Of a stretch of 20,000 bases of DNA, positions 1-11,171 are shown one piece after another. The position numbers were made by a program, and so were the translations under genes. This stretch comes from Paramecium tetraurelia (Eukaryota). Location of the stretch: NCBI GenBank assembly GCA_000165425.1, contig CT868068.1, positions 123,094 through 143,093 of the forward strand, written 5' to 3'. Below the pieces are notes generated by a model. It was not told the DNA's origin. It saw only the letters and a list, made by a program, of their open reading frames with translations, and searched no databases. Position 1 is the stretch's first letter. Each line of letters opens with the position of its first letter.

Positions 1-865
1 TTACCTATCTGTTCACTTAATTTTACATAACTTACAAGACAACATAAGAATAAAAAGATAGTTGCAGTAATAATATCGTTATAATCTTTGCTGTCTGGTA
101 TAGAGGTATTTAGCACAATGACTGAAAAAATAAGTAAGAAGTCAAGTATTAAATCATCCTTAAAATAATATTTCAAAATTGAAAATCGATCATTTATTAT
201 CTATTTTTTCTTTAAATAAAATTAATTACATTTCCTTAAATTGTGATTTGTGTATTTAATCTCAGCAAAATATCCAAAGAAAAGTAAATTAGAGTATATA
301 GAATAATAAATGAGAAACTTTCCTCTCTACCCATTTCAAAGCTCCATATAAAAGGATAAATCCATAAAATAGATATAAGAGATAAAGACCTTATGAACTC
401 CCAAGATGTTATCAAAGCGCTACTTTGATCAAATACTGAAATTTGAAAATTTTTTGTAGACATATATTCTCCCTACATAGCAGGCTTCCTTAAAATTTAT
501 ATTCACTCATACTTTTGTAAATATTTTTCAATGAGAAATTTTTCAGTAACTTTCTTAGTTTCATTGTTGTAAATATAGGCTTTCTTCATTATTCTCTCTT
601 TAAATACTTAAACCAATTTGTCCACCTTTAATAATCCAAATAATTTCTGAGTGGTTTTCTTTTTGCTTGCCATATTTTTTCCCTCTATTATTTGAGGATG
701 AGAAAAGTTTTAAAAAGAAACAGACATATCTAGAATATCTGATTTTTCATTTTAATTTACATCTATTTAATTTGTAATGGGTGAATGACGAAATGGGCGG
801 AAATCCTCATTCTCAATGTAGGATTAGCAGTTCTTTTAATAGTCCGATTCATCAATTTTATTCAT
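1..865 (-). CDS. Voltage-gated/cyclic-nucleotide-regulated (EAG/HCN/CNG-like) cation channel, 5' part only (N-terminus and S1-S3); runs off the window start
   Basis: Code-6 translation from ATG 865: MNKIDESDYQ...VFKERIMKKAY...VFDQSSALITSWEFIRSLSLISILWIYPFIWSF...FSLDILLRLNTQITIQGNIINDRFSILKYYFKDDLILDFLL. This matches the S1, S2 (D..L..NT) and S2-S3 (I.DR..I...Y.K....LD) pattern of CNBD channels. GT-AG introns at 489-512 (24 nt, in-frame TGA) and 201-229 (29 nt). An alternative upstream ATG lies at 918. Confidence 0.8.
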
Positions 866-1576
866 AATAAATAAATAATAATTCAACTAAGATTTAAATC
901 ATCCTCTAATTAAGACATATTTTTTAGATTTATTATAATATAATATTCAAGATTGTTATTTTATTGAAAAATATAGAAACGAATTTTAATTGTGTAAATT
1001 TATTACTAGACTTTATAACTAATAGCAATTAATATTAAATTCTACACCAATCTAGAAAATTTAATTTGTTTGGCGATTGAGAAAATTATATATATTTTTG
1101 GCAATTCTTTTTTGATATTTTTTATGTCTTAATTCAAATTACATAAAACCTATAAAAATATTCATATCTATTTGTTAAAATGTTGATAGTTTTTAGTTGA
1201 CTCTAGCTGGCTTCTTCATATATGAAATGATTTCGTATTTCATAATAGTGCAATTATATAAACTTAAATAATTATAAATTAGGTTTAATATTTTTTCTTA
1301 ATAATTAATTTTCAAGTTTGATGATTTTCTCTTGAAAGAAAAAACTTAGCAATCAAATTCTATAAACGAAATTATTAAATTGTTACTTAAATTTAGATAT
1401 GGTTTAGGTAATGAAAAGCAATAATATCATCGAGATCCATCATAAAGTATATTAACATATAAAATTATAAAATGATATCAAGTTTAAGTTGATATATATT
1501 AAAGATAAAATTTTATAATGCTTTTTTGAAATGAAAAAGGAATGTCTATTACATATTTATCTATTCAATATATTAA

Positions 1577-1885
1577 ATGGAAACTAAATAATAATTTATA
1601 TTTTCAGATAGAATCAAATTATTGTAATAGTTGGGACCTGAACCAGAAAGAGAAGATATTTAAAAGCTAGCCACAATGTACAAAATACCAGAAGGGAAAC
1701 TTTAGAAATGGCTTAATCAGTATGATAAATATGTGCTGCCTTAGAGGAAAGAAACTATAGATTCTGATGATGAATAAATAAACAAATTAATATAAGAACA
1801 AAGATAATTATGCTAAGAACTATCAGCTTTGGTGGAATAAATTAATGAAATTCATAAAAAGAAATTCATATCTTATTATTAATGA
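1577..1885 (+). CDS. 102-aa protein with a homeodomain-like helix-turn-helix followed by a coiled coil
   Basis: Intronless ATG..TGA: METKQQFIFSDRIKLLQQLGPEPEREDIQKLATMYKIPEGKLQKWLNQYDKYVLPQRKETIDSDDEQINKLIQEQRQLCQELSALVEQINEIHKKKFISYYQ. P.......LA....I....L..W spacing matches homeodomain helices 2-3. Confidence 0.7.
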
Positions 1886-2187
1886 AAATGGAAAAAATAG
1901 ATTATGATTATGCAATATGCATTATTAGCATAGAACTTATTACAATTATAAATTAACATGAATATTAATAATGGTGGAAATTCTTTGTTCTGCAAAATAG
2001 ATAGTTTTGTATATTTGTATAGAATATAATTTTATCAAATTTAAAAAATTCAGTATTTGGATTATAACTGTTTCTTTTGCCCCGCTAATCTTATTGTAAT
2101 TTGAATGATAATCTTATGCTAGAAGTCTAATTTTGAAAAATTGTGTATAATATAACAGTTTAATAATAATGAATATTAATTAATTAA

Positions 2188-3548
2188 TCAATTTAAAACT
2201 TCAAATTTGACTTATCCTTCTAAACATGACATGTAGACGTATTGTTTTTGTTTCATCAAAGATCCCTTTTTCTAAAATAAAATCAAAATAGCATCTCTTG
2301 TAAACAATCTCAGACTCACTATATCATCAACAAAGTTTAAATTTAGTCCGACGATGCTATCTATTTGGAGACAGAACTCTTGCAATTTTCCTAATTTAGA
2401 ATCATCTCTGCATTAATTATATAAACATGCCCAATTACCAACATTATCAATATTCTTGGTCAATTCATAGGCTGTTTATTCAACATATCCAAAATGAAGA
2501 CAGCCAGATAGAAATGAAAGAATGCGTATGCGTATTTCTATATTATCTTGAAAATACAACTCCTGTGAAACAATAGTAGTATTCTTTTGCATAGTGATAA
2601 TTTTGCCTCCCTCTTCAAATTTGACTTTCGGTTTGCCTAATAAACTTCTCTTGGTTGTTTTATCTAGGAATTGGAGTGTTGGCATCAAAGGACTTATAGC
2701 GTCATCGAATTTAGAAATGGAAGTGTTTGTTAGATTGTTATTTTGTGCATAAGTGTTTGTAAAATTATCTATGTTTTCAAAACTATCTTTATTTAACAAC
2801 AATTGTTAGGTTTCTCCTAATTAATCTATTTATGATAAGTTCAAAGTGATTGCTTATGGCATTGATTTAACATCTGTTGATTTCTATTCATTACTATCTT
2901 CTTATAAAATAGATTGGAAATTTAGATAAATTTATGAATGTGTAGTCTTAATTAAATCTTGCATTTTTTGTTTGAATTATTAAATCTTCTTGTACTTCTG
3001 AGAATTATCTTGAAGTGAATGCACACTCTTTTCCACTTGTGATTTGAGATCATCCATGTTTGCTAGGAATGCATCTTAGACTGTTAGAAATACATTGTCG
3101 AATGTTAAAGAAGGATATGGACTCTCTTTGCCACTCAGAATGCAATCTTATAACCATGTATACTCATCTACATTAGAATAACTAATCTACGTAAGTTGAT
3201 ATGACGACAACTGTTTTCCTAGTTGTGAAGATATTTAATCAATCTAAATAGTTTGTCTCTTTTATTCACAATTTCTTTGATAACTAAAATATTCTGGGAC
3301 TCATGCTGATGATCATTTATTATACATTTTAAACTAGCTAGTCAATTCAATTACCATAAGATGTGTTGATATTCCTCGCAATTCGAATCTATGCAAATGG
3401 CTATAATTGAGTCATGATCATGTAATTAACATTGTAAATCCTTGAATAAATCATTAATTCTGAAGATGTAGGTTTTCAATTAGAGATCGAACTCTGACCA
3501 TATGAAATGCGTATTATGAGGTTTATATTTGAGTAAGCATTTTCTCAT
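2188..3548 (-). CDS. B-box zinc finger / coiled-coil / SPRY-like protein (TRIM-like, no RING), ~438 aa
   Basis: Open in code 6 after removing introns of 21 and 23 nt (1317 nt = 439 codons). N-terminal CQLHDHDSIIAICIDSNCEEYQHILCLKCIINDHQH is B-box-type and the centre is Q/K/E-rich helical. The C-terminal beta-rich IEIRIRILS..GCLHFGYV...SIVGLNLNFVDDIVSL is SPRY/B30.2-like. Confidence 0.75.
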
Positions 3549-3619
3549 AATTTAAATTGAATTATTATTAAATAAACTTTTTATAGTTTTTCAAGTACTA
3601 ATTTAAATATCCAAAAATC
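3549..3619. promoter_or_regulatory. Putative bidirectional promoter (71 bp between divergent start codons)
   Basis: AT-rich spacer between ATG 3548 (-) and ATG 3620 (+); inferred from geometry only. Confidence 0.4.
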
Positions 3620-6406
3620 ATGCTCATGCACTATCACTTAAATGGTTAGTAATAAGGTTCCTCTTCACGTTCGATGTCAATATCTATGGATGATTCAATC
3701 AATATGTAAATACAACCAATTGTTTAAAAAATGGTCGTTGTCAACTCTCATTAACTATTGGTGAGAAAACCATCTAACTAAGCCTAAGATATTGTTCATT
3801 CCCCCCCTACAGCCAGTTTAACTCCACAACAGCCATCAGAAAAACTTCCTGAAAAAGACATGAAGGATTTATTATTAATAGATGAAGAGCCAAGCATCAA
3901 AGAATAATCTATATAAATAACTCCAGAACCAAAAAATAAGAAAAAGCAAATCAAGGATAATGTAGCTAACGCGGAGATAATCATTGACGAAAAGCCTTAG
4001 AACTCTTACAGTGATGTACATTGGAGTAAATTAATTACATCCAAAACAAGTATCACTCGTCCATCATTCTAATTTCATTTTCTTTAAGACAAGGCTGCGG
4101 AATTCTCTATCAAAGTAACTTCTTTTGAGTGGCTCAAACCTAAATTACAAAATACATACTACTATATAAGTAGTGCTGTCTTAAGTGTTTACTTAAGTTT
4201 TTTCATCACATTAATGTTATTCGATTTAGAAGATGGAATGTATTAGCAACCAATCTACTAAGTGATTTTAATGGTATTTTGGTTGATAGATACTATTAAT
4301 TAAATACTTTTTATTCAATATAAAAATGGAGAGGAAATTATTTTAATGGAAGATCTAGTTGCGAGATACTGTAAATTTCAATCATTAATTGATATCTTGG
4401 GCATAATCCCTATCATATTTTGTTTAATTTCAAAAAGAATGCCTACTATTTAATTATTGCATCTCGTTAACATATGGAAAATTAGAAGAGTGTTTTATGA
4501 ATTGTAAATGTTAATAGGTAAATTCGCATTGTACATTTATTATATATTAGAACTCCATTTCGTTTAATTTATAGCTTTGACTATAATTCAATTTTCGTTG
4601 GATAAACATTTAAATTTTTTTGACGAATTCATTGTATTATTCTATAAATCAGAGAATGCTAATGCTCTTACTTATATCGTTAGGCTTCTCATTTTAATTT
4701 ATTATTGTTATTTTATACATAGATACAACTCTGAAGATAAGTGGAAACTGAATCAGATTTCAATTCAAAATAACACAAAGTAAAAAATTAATGGATATAT
4801 AAATAAATTAAAGAGTCAATCAACGGTTGATTTAAATTTCCTGGAATACTTACCTCAGTCATATGTTGAAGACTTCAAAAATTAACGTTATATGTAGATA
4901 CTCTCTAATATACCAATTTTTAAGTCTTCCTTTTCTGAGAAGACTCTCAAGGAAATTTGCAACCTTATTCAAGAATACACTTACAATCCTAATCAAACTA
5001 TCCTTCTTTAGCAGACTCCTAATCAATAACTGTACTTTATTTTATCAGGGGATGTCAGGATCTCCTAGAAAAGAGAAGGCACCTAAGCAAACTGTGAATT
5101 TAAATTAAAAGTGTTAGGTGAAGGTTAGATGTTCAATAACAAAGCTTTTTTCAAGAATTCTTTCTCGAACATTGCTGCTACTTCAATAGGATTCTCTTAA
5201 ATTGCTTAATTGGATGTTGAACTATTTTAGGAGTGTATAAAGAATCATCATTAGGAAAAATAGAAATACAAGATGATGTTGGATTAAATAGTATAATAGG
5301 AATTTTACAGTTTATGTTTGATGCGGTGTTATGCATGTGGTAAATTTCATGACATTGATGAATGTGATCATGTACACTATGTTCCTAAGAGATCTTTTTT
5401 AGTTTCTTACATCTAATCTAATGATATATAGGGAAGATTTCCAAAGAAGAGGATTAGATGTAGACAACAAAGAACGAAGTCATTCATATTAAAAATAGAG
5501 GAGAATGCTTTGCTCTACCAGTAATTGAATATTGAATCAGAGTTATCTGAAGAACACAGGCATTTAGAAGAGATGATAAGTATTCAATAATAGCATTATT
5601 TGAAAGAAGTTACAAATCCATACACGGAAAGATAAAACTCATTATTACAATCTTAATAAACTCCTCACATGGTATCTTAGTAATCTTTAAGAGAATCTAT
5701 ACAATCTCAATAACAGCCTGGACATTAACTAATGGATATTCCAAACATAAGTCCTGTTTAATATGTTCAACAGCCTCCCAGTGGAATTTCGCATAGTTCT
5801 TATGCTTAATTATTAAAAGATGCTTCTGTGAATCGCAAGAATTTCAATGGTTCTTCTGATAAGAATTCTAGTGGCAATGTTTTTTCATTACCCTACAGCA
5901 GCAATGGAAGCAAAACAAATCCGAATAATGTTATGTAGAATAAGGATAAGGAGGAATTGATAAGTATATAATTGAAGAAGGCCAAATTGAAAGACAGTGT
6001 ATATTACCATCAGAGGAGAATACAGAATCAAATAGAGAGTGAGGGTCCACTCACTCCATCTATGTATCAAAAGTGTCAAACCACAGCACCTTAGTAGTAG
6101 TAGACTAAGGCTTTCAGATCAGATCGTAAATCAAATTCCTGCATTTCTGAATCTGAGAAAGGAGAGTATCAAGTACAGTAACAACAAGAGAAACCAACAT
6201 CAAAGTATGGCATCGCCTCTTCCAAATTTACTGGGGAAACTGCAAAATAGTTTATGAGAAATCCTTTGGAAATGCCCAACATTGAATTCTACTAATCGTT
6301 TGAAAAGAGCAATCAGTATAGCGATTTTTTCCCCTAATACAATGTGGATTAAGCAATTGAAAGTTATAAACAATATTAATAATCTAGATCCAGTGCTCAC
6401 AAATGA
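3620..6406 (+). CDS. Ciliate-type CNBD ion-channel-like protein, 928 aa, with a degenerate pore
   Basis: Uninterrupted 929-codon frame. It has S1-S4-like helices (FWLIDTINQ; RYCKFQSLIDILGIIP; LLHLVNIWKIRRVF) and a C-linker/CNBD (FLEYLPQS..ILSNIPIFKSSFSEKTLKEICNLIQEYTYNPNQTI..LYFILSGDV..LGEGQMF). These are followed by a Cys/His knuckle (CYACGKFHDIDECDHVHYVP) and the ciliate channel tail motif FEKSNQYSDFFPQYNVDQAI. Confidence 0.85.
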
Positions 6407-6571
6407 TTAAATATATTATAAATTATAATTATTCAACTTCCTTAAAAGTATTCTATCAATCTGGTTGAAGACATCCTCTCAAATAATCATACTATTAAAT
6501 TTGATGAACTATAGGTGCAGTATTCAAGAGAATCCTTCTTATTATTAATAAAAATACTTAACAACATACCT

Positions 6572-7351
6572 ATGGGTTTAATGCACTTCTTGGTTAGAAT
6601 GTCATAGCCAATTAAAGACCTTCAAAATTATGAAACCAAACAATTAAAGCAATTATTAGAATGCATTTCTTTAGATTATTTACGATAAGATATCTCTAAA
6701 ATTACCTTATTTGTGCTGATCAACAATTTAGTCATCAATAGTGGGGTTAGTCTTAACACATTAAGTGAACTCAAAAAAATTTAAAATAGCAAAATAACAC
6801 TACACCTACCTTCAGCTAATTTTAATACGTAATATTATAATGGAAGCGTTAATTGGTGCATTTTATAAATGCTCGAAAACATCACTGAATGCGCCACTAT
6901 CATTATTACATTAACAAAATCATTATCATTTGCTACTCTTTTGTACAATGCTCATAGAAGTTTGAAATGCATAAAAATGGCATTCTTCACTACTTCTATA
7001 TCTTTTGAGGCTACTAATGTATTCATCTGTGCATTTACTTAATTGGTAAATGAAGTTAAACAACATTAAGGCCAGATCAAAGTTGCCCAAGAATCATATA
7101 ATCTATTGACGGTAGATGATGAAGAATCAGATTTGAATTTGAGTCTAAAAGAATTACACATAACATACTGTAAGATGCTTATTCAACAAGATGTATTCCT
7201 TAAGTTTTTGGGGCTGCACTCGATCAAATCAAATTTATAATTAATCGAAATTAATCTTAAGATATAGGACAAAGAGCTTATGAGTTTGAATTAGAAAATA
7301 ATAAAAAAACTTTCAAAGATACAGGTTGAATTTATGTTTCAAAATAGTTGA
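6572..7351 (+). CDS. Hypothetical protein (~259 aa from the first ATG; frame is open from 6407)
   Basis: 314 TGA-free codons from 6407 to 7348 with A-rich sense bias: MGLMHFLVRMSQPIKDLQNYETKQLKQLLEC...KIQVEFMFQNS*. The minus-strand frames I checked are closed. No motif recognised and the start is uncertain. Confidence 0.55.
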
Positions 7352-7419
7352 GATAGGAAATATAAAAGAATTGAAACTATTTCTATCCTATTTTATCATA
7401 TATAAAGAATAAAATAATA

Positions 7420-7936
7420 ATGAAACTGAATTATTATTAATAGATTACTTAGCTATAGCAGTTTCAGAAATTGGAGCAATCACTGAAGTATTTATATAGA
7501 TTTTATTATTTTTAGAGAAGAATTCAAAGACTGATGAATGCAAAATTAACTAAATTATAGGAATGTTATGAAGAATATCTAAAGGATGAGGAATCTCCAT
7601 TTGGATTTCAGCAATTGGCAAATTAGGCCAGTAATTTGAAATAGAAAAAAAATAAGTATTTTCATCCTTTTTCAGGTGATTCAATGCCTTAAACTACTCA
7701 TCTAGAAGATCAATAATAACTTTGAAGATTCTATTCTTAAAATGTAACATAATACAAATAACACAATTCAAGTATTGGCGATTAATATGTTTCTAGATTC
7801 AAGAATTATCAAAAAATTAAAATAGAAAGAAGGTAAATTGATTCATTCTAAATTGGATGCACTAGTTTAGCAAGTGCTGCCTACAGAGAATTCCATAAAG
7901 GTTGCACAATGGTTAGAATTATTTATGAAATTGTGA
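7420..7936 (+). CDS. Small helical hypothetical protein (weakly VHS-like) split across two frames; possible pseudogene or assembly indel
   Basis: Frame A reads MKLNYYQQ...MNAKLTKLQECYEEYLKDEESPFGFQQLANQASNLKQKK and stops at 7722-7724. Frame B reads VIQCLKLLIQKINNNFEDS...VAQWLELFMKL* (TGA 7934-7936). No canonical short intron joins them without a 1-nt change in the A-run at ~7645-7652. Confidence 0.4.
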
Positions 7937-8237
7937 TTATTTCAATCTTTAAAAATGAGTAAATATGATTCTATCTCTTAAATTTCATAGTATTTTAGGA
8001 TGTATCAAGAATTAAGGTATTAGAGAGTGAACAAAAAATTGAGAATTTTATTTTGAATTAATTTAAAAAAACACAAACAATCAAACTCCCCACTCGACAT
8101 CTCGCAATGTCTCAAAATTGTTGAAAGAAGCTACTTAATTGTGTTTTTCTCCAAAACATATATTTACAGACATAATATTATTATTTAATCCCATCCATAT
8201 CCATTTTTATCTATCCTAACTGTTTTTATCAGTAATT

Positions 8238-8618
8238 ATGTTTTTTCCAAATTAATAAATAAATTTCTATTGTTCCTATCAAATGAAGAGCATCGAAAAA
8301 TCGGATTTAATCCCTTTTTCAGAGCTCTGGCCCGTGCAATTTTCTATTTATTAATTTGGTGAAAGGACCTAACTTTAGAATATATATAGATCCCTTATCA
8401 AAACTGAGAAGGACTTTTAAAACATTACTGATTCATCCATACACCTGAACCTTCTAAATGTTTTATAATTAACGCCATTCAGGGCAGAGTTTTTTTTGGA
8501 AATTTTCCATTATAAATTATATTTGAATCTAATATCTAAACTGAATATAATTATTACTCTATATGGATAGATATAAAATGCATTGTTTGTTTATTAATGG
8601 TTCTTAAAAAGAAAGTGA
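8238..8618 (+). CDS. Possible hypothetical protein (frame open 8043-8615)
   Basis: About 190 TGA-free codons: ...MKSIEKSDLIPFSELWPVQFSIYQFGERTQLQNIYRSL...YQWFLKRK*. No motif, and the 5' end is unresolved. Confidence 0.3.
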
Positions 8619-8640
8619 TATTTAATATAATAATATACTA

Positions 8641-9394
8641 TCATTAACAGCAATTTTCTTTTTCTTTTCTACAATTTGTTTTTTTTGTTATTGATTTGCT
8701 TGGTAAATCATCATCTAAAGTTAAATTATCTCCTTGTAATTGTTTAACATTTTTTTACTACTTGGAGGACATTGAACTAAAAATTTCTATTAATCTAGTT
8801 AATCTATACCACTAACTAAGTTGGAGAAGGCCTCTTCTACATTTAAGCCATTTTATGCTGAAGTTTCAATATACCCAATTTTATTTTATTAACAGAGTTT
8901 AGCTGCTTCTACACTTCTAACCATCTATAATCATTTTAAGGATATACTCTATCATTTGCTTAGTCTATTTTATTTCCAATCATCATGATTACAATATTTT
9001 TTGGAGCATACTCTTTTATTTCACTAAGCCATTTTTCTATGTTTGTAAAAGTTATTTCTCTTGTAATATCATAACAAACGAAAGCTCCCACTGCTCCTCT
9101 ATAATAGGCATTTGTTATTGCTCGATATCTTATATTGTTTAAATTTTACCTTTCTTATCCAGCAGTATCCCAAATCTAGCATTTCACACTTTTATTTTCA
9201 ACATTAATTGTCTTTGTTGAAAATTCAACTCCAATTGTGGGTTTGGAGTCTAAGATAAATTCATTTTTTACGAACCTTTACAAAATATTTGTTTTACCAA
9301 CTCCAGAATCTCCTAAAAATTTTTAATAAATTAATTTACCTATTAGGATTATTTTAAACAAGAAATCATACTCGTTTTCATTGCATCTAGTCAT
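8641..9394 (-). CDS. RAB11: Rab11-family small GTPase, 219 aa
   Basis: [62 protein letters not shown] and a C-terminal prenylation motif CCQ*. Introns 9313-9339 (27 nt), 9129-9149 (21), 8925-8947 (23) and 8787-8809 (23) leave exactly 220 codons. The DTAGQ Gln is encoded by TAA. Confidence 0.95.
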
Positions 9395-9670
9395 CAATAA
9401 TTTATTTAATAAAATTATGGAATTTGCTAATTTTTCTAAATTTATAAAAGTAGAATTATCATTACAATCCTAAAGATAAATTACCAATAATAAATTTACA
9501 TTTCTTCTTTTGTTAAAATGTATAAATAAGAATGATAACTAATTAATCATTGCAATAGAAAATTATGAGATTAAACTATACAATTTATACATATTTATAG
9601 TTTTATTTGGCTATAACAAATATTTTTATATCAATATATATATTATATACTGTATTATAACTAATAGTTT

Positions 9671-11171
9671 TCAAATTAATTAATTATTTAGTATCGTATA
9701 TAATCCCACGGATTCACAAATACTTTTAAACTAAATTTGATCAGCAACTAGATCTTCTTCTTCAATTTTATATAATGCCTCACTTACTAATTCAAGTAAT
9801 TACACCTCGATTCCTGACAAATTCACCTTGTCTTTGCTAATATAACCATCTTTATCTCCATCTAATTACCTGAAAATCTTTTTTATATTTAAATCAAACT
9901 AGCAAGTTTTAGAGTTATTAATTTTAGTTCTTGAGTCTTATCTTTACGACAGGTTGCTAGTGCTTCTATTGTTCTACTTTAATTCAATTTATTTTATATC
10001 ATCTTGATCCTATTTGTTATAAGGTTGTTAATAAAGTTATTCTTTACTAATTTAATTTTGAAACTTAGAATTATTTTAAATCGATTGTTCTCGTCTAATT
10101 TTAATAAATTAATTACTATTTCTATTCAATTTTTTTCTTTCTCTCAATTTAATCCGTAAATAGCTTTTTAACTTGCTATTATTGAGTTTATTTTTTATTT
10201 TCTTCTTTTTAGTATACATTATTTATTTACGGATTAGAATACATTTTTTAGAATTCTTGTTTAAGCTGTTCAAATTTGTATTGTTTTCTTTCCTTTTCTT
10301 AAATGTAAGGCTTTTCGTTGACTGGTGTGTTTGATCTTTCTTTTTTATTGCTGGTTGATCTATTTTGCTAAGAGTGATTACGACTGCTTATGTCTGATCT
10401 TCTTGGTTAAAAGGATCTGAGTGATGATTGCTCTTTTTAAAGCTAAAAAACCTATTATTATTTTTTTATATGTTATTCTTCTCCCTTTGATTTTGTTTAA
10501 TAGCCGATATTAAATAATGAATTGTCTTCTACTTTCTTTTTTTATTGGATGGCACTTTTAAAATTTGGAGATATATTGGTTTTAGGTGTGGTTTCTGAAA
10601 CTATTTACTACCCCTTATAAATTTAATTTTATTTTTGTTATTCAATCTTATTTTATTGTTGAGTATTTGTTTCTCCATATAGTTTATCATTTGTATTGAT
10701 GGACCTAGGATTGTTTTAATTATTTGCTAATTATTAGAATAACTTACACCTAGCTGATGTTGGCAAATTCCATTACATTTTAGAATTTGAATTGGCCTCT
10801 ATCTTCCTATTAATTTTTTTCTACCATTCTTCATAACTCTTTTATGCTGATACCTAATTCTCATCAGAACTGGCTGATATTATAAGGCCAAAGTCGCTCT
10901 GTTTACTACTCCTTGTTTGAGATGGGCCTTTGTTCAAAAATTATTACTTATTAAATTCTGCAAATCTAGGCGAGGGTTCACGTTTTAGTTATTGCTTAAT
11001 TTAATTTACGAGATATTCTAAGCAATCATTACCAAGTTTGTATCTTTAACAAAAAAGCTCAACTTCTAATTCAACATCCTCTCCTTCATATACTTTTATC
11101 TCTTCGGTCCCATCTTCCATCTATAAACTAACTATAGCAATTGGTTGAGATTCAGCATTTGTCATAGACAT
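9671..11171 (-). CDS. Q/K/N-rich protein with a small N-terminal domain and a C-terminal EF-hand, ~490 aa
   Basis: N-terminus MSMTNAESQPIAIVSLQMEDGTEEIKVYEGEDVELEVELFCQRYKL. One required 22-nt intron near 10095-10116 and a possible 21-nt intron near 10727-10747. The C-terminal IKKIFRQLDGDKDGYISKDKV is an EF-hand-like loop (DxDxDGxI). Confidence 0.75.

Noticed and set aside
1888..2136. 82-codon code-6 ORF starting 2 nt after the homeodomain-like gene
   Set aside because: No motif, low-complexity AT-rich sequence, and this length is expected by chance with a single stop codon.
6091..6103. (TAG)4 run resembling a stop cluster or microsatellite
   Set aside because: An in-frame poly-Gln tract in code 6.
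3796..6400. Track ORFs 3796-3984(-), 4863-5108(+), 5888-6079(-), 6039-6257(+), 6200-6400(-)
   Set aside because: Antisense or off-frame shadows of the 928-aa channel-like gene; only 4577-4783 is in the true frame.
7620..7720. Retained IES as the cause of the frameshift
   Set aside because: TA pairs of suitable spacing lack the TAYAGYNR inverted-end consensus.
8000..8510. Minus-strand ORF from ATG 8510 read with TGA as Trp
   Set aside because: Multiple TGAs with no recognisable product; TGA is a true stop in all resolved genes.
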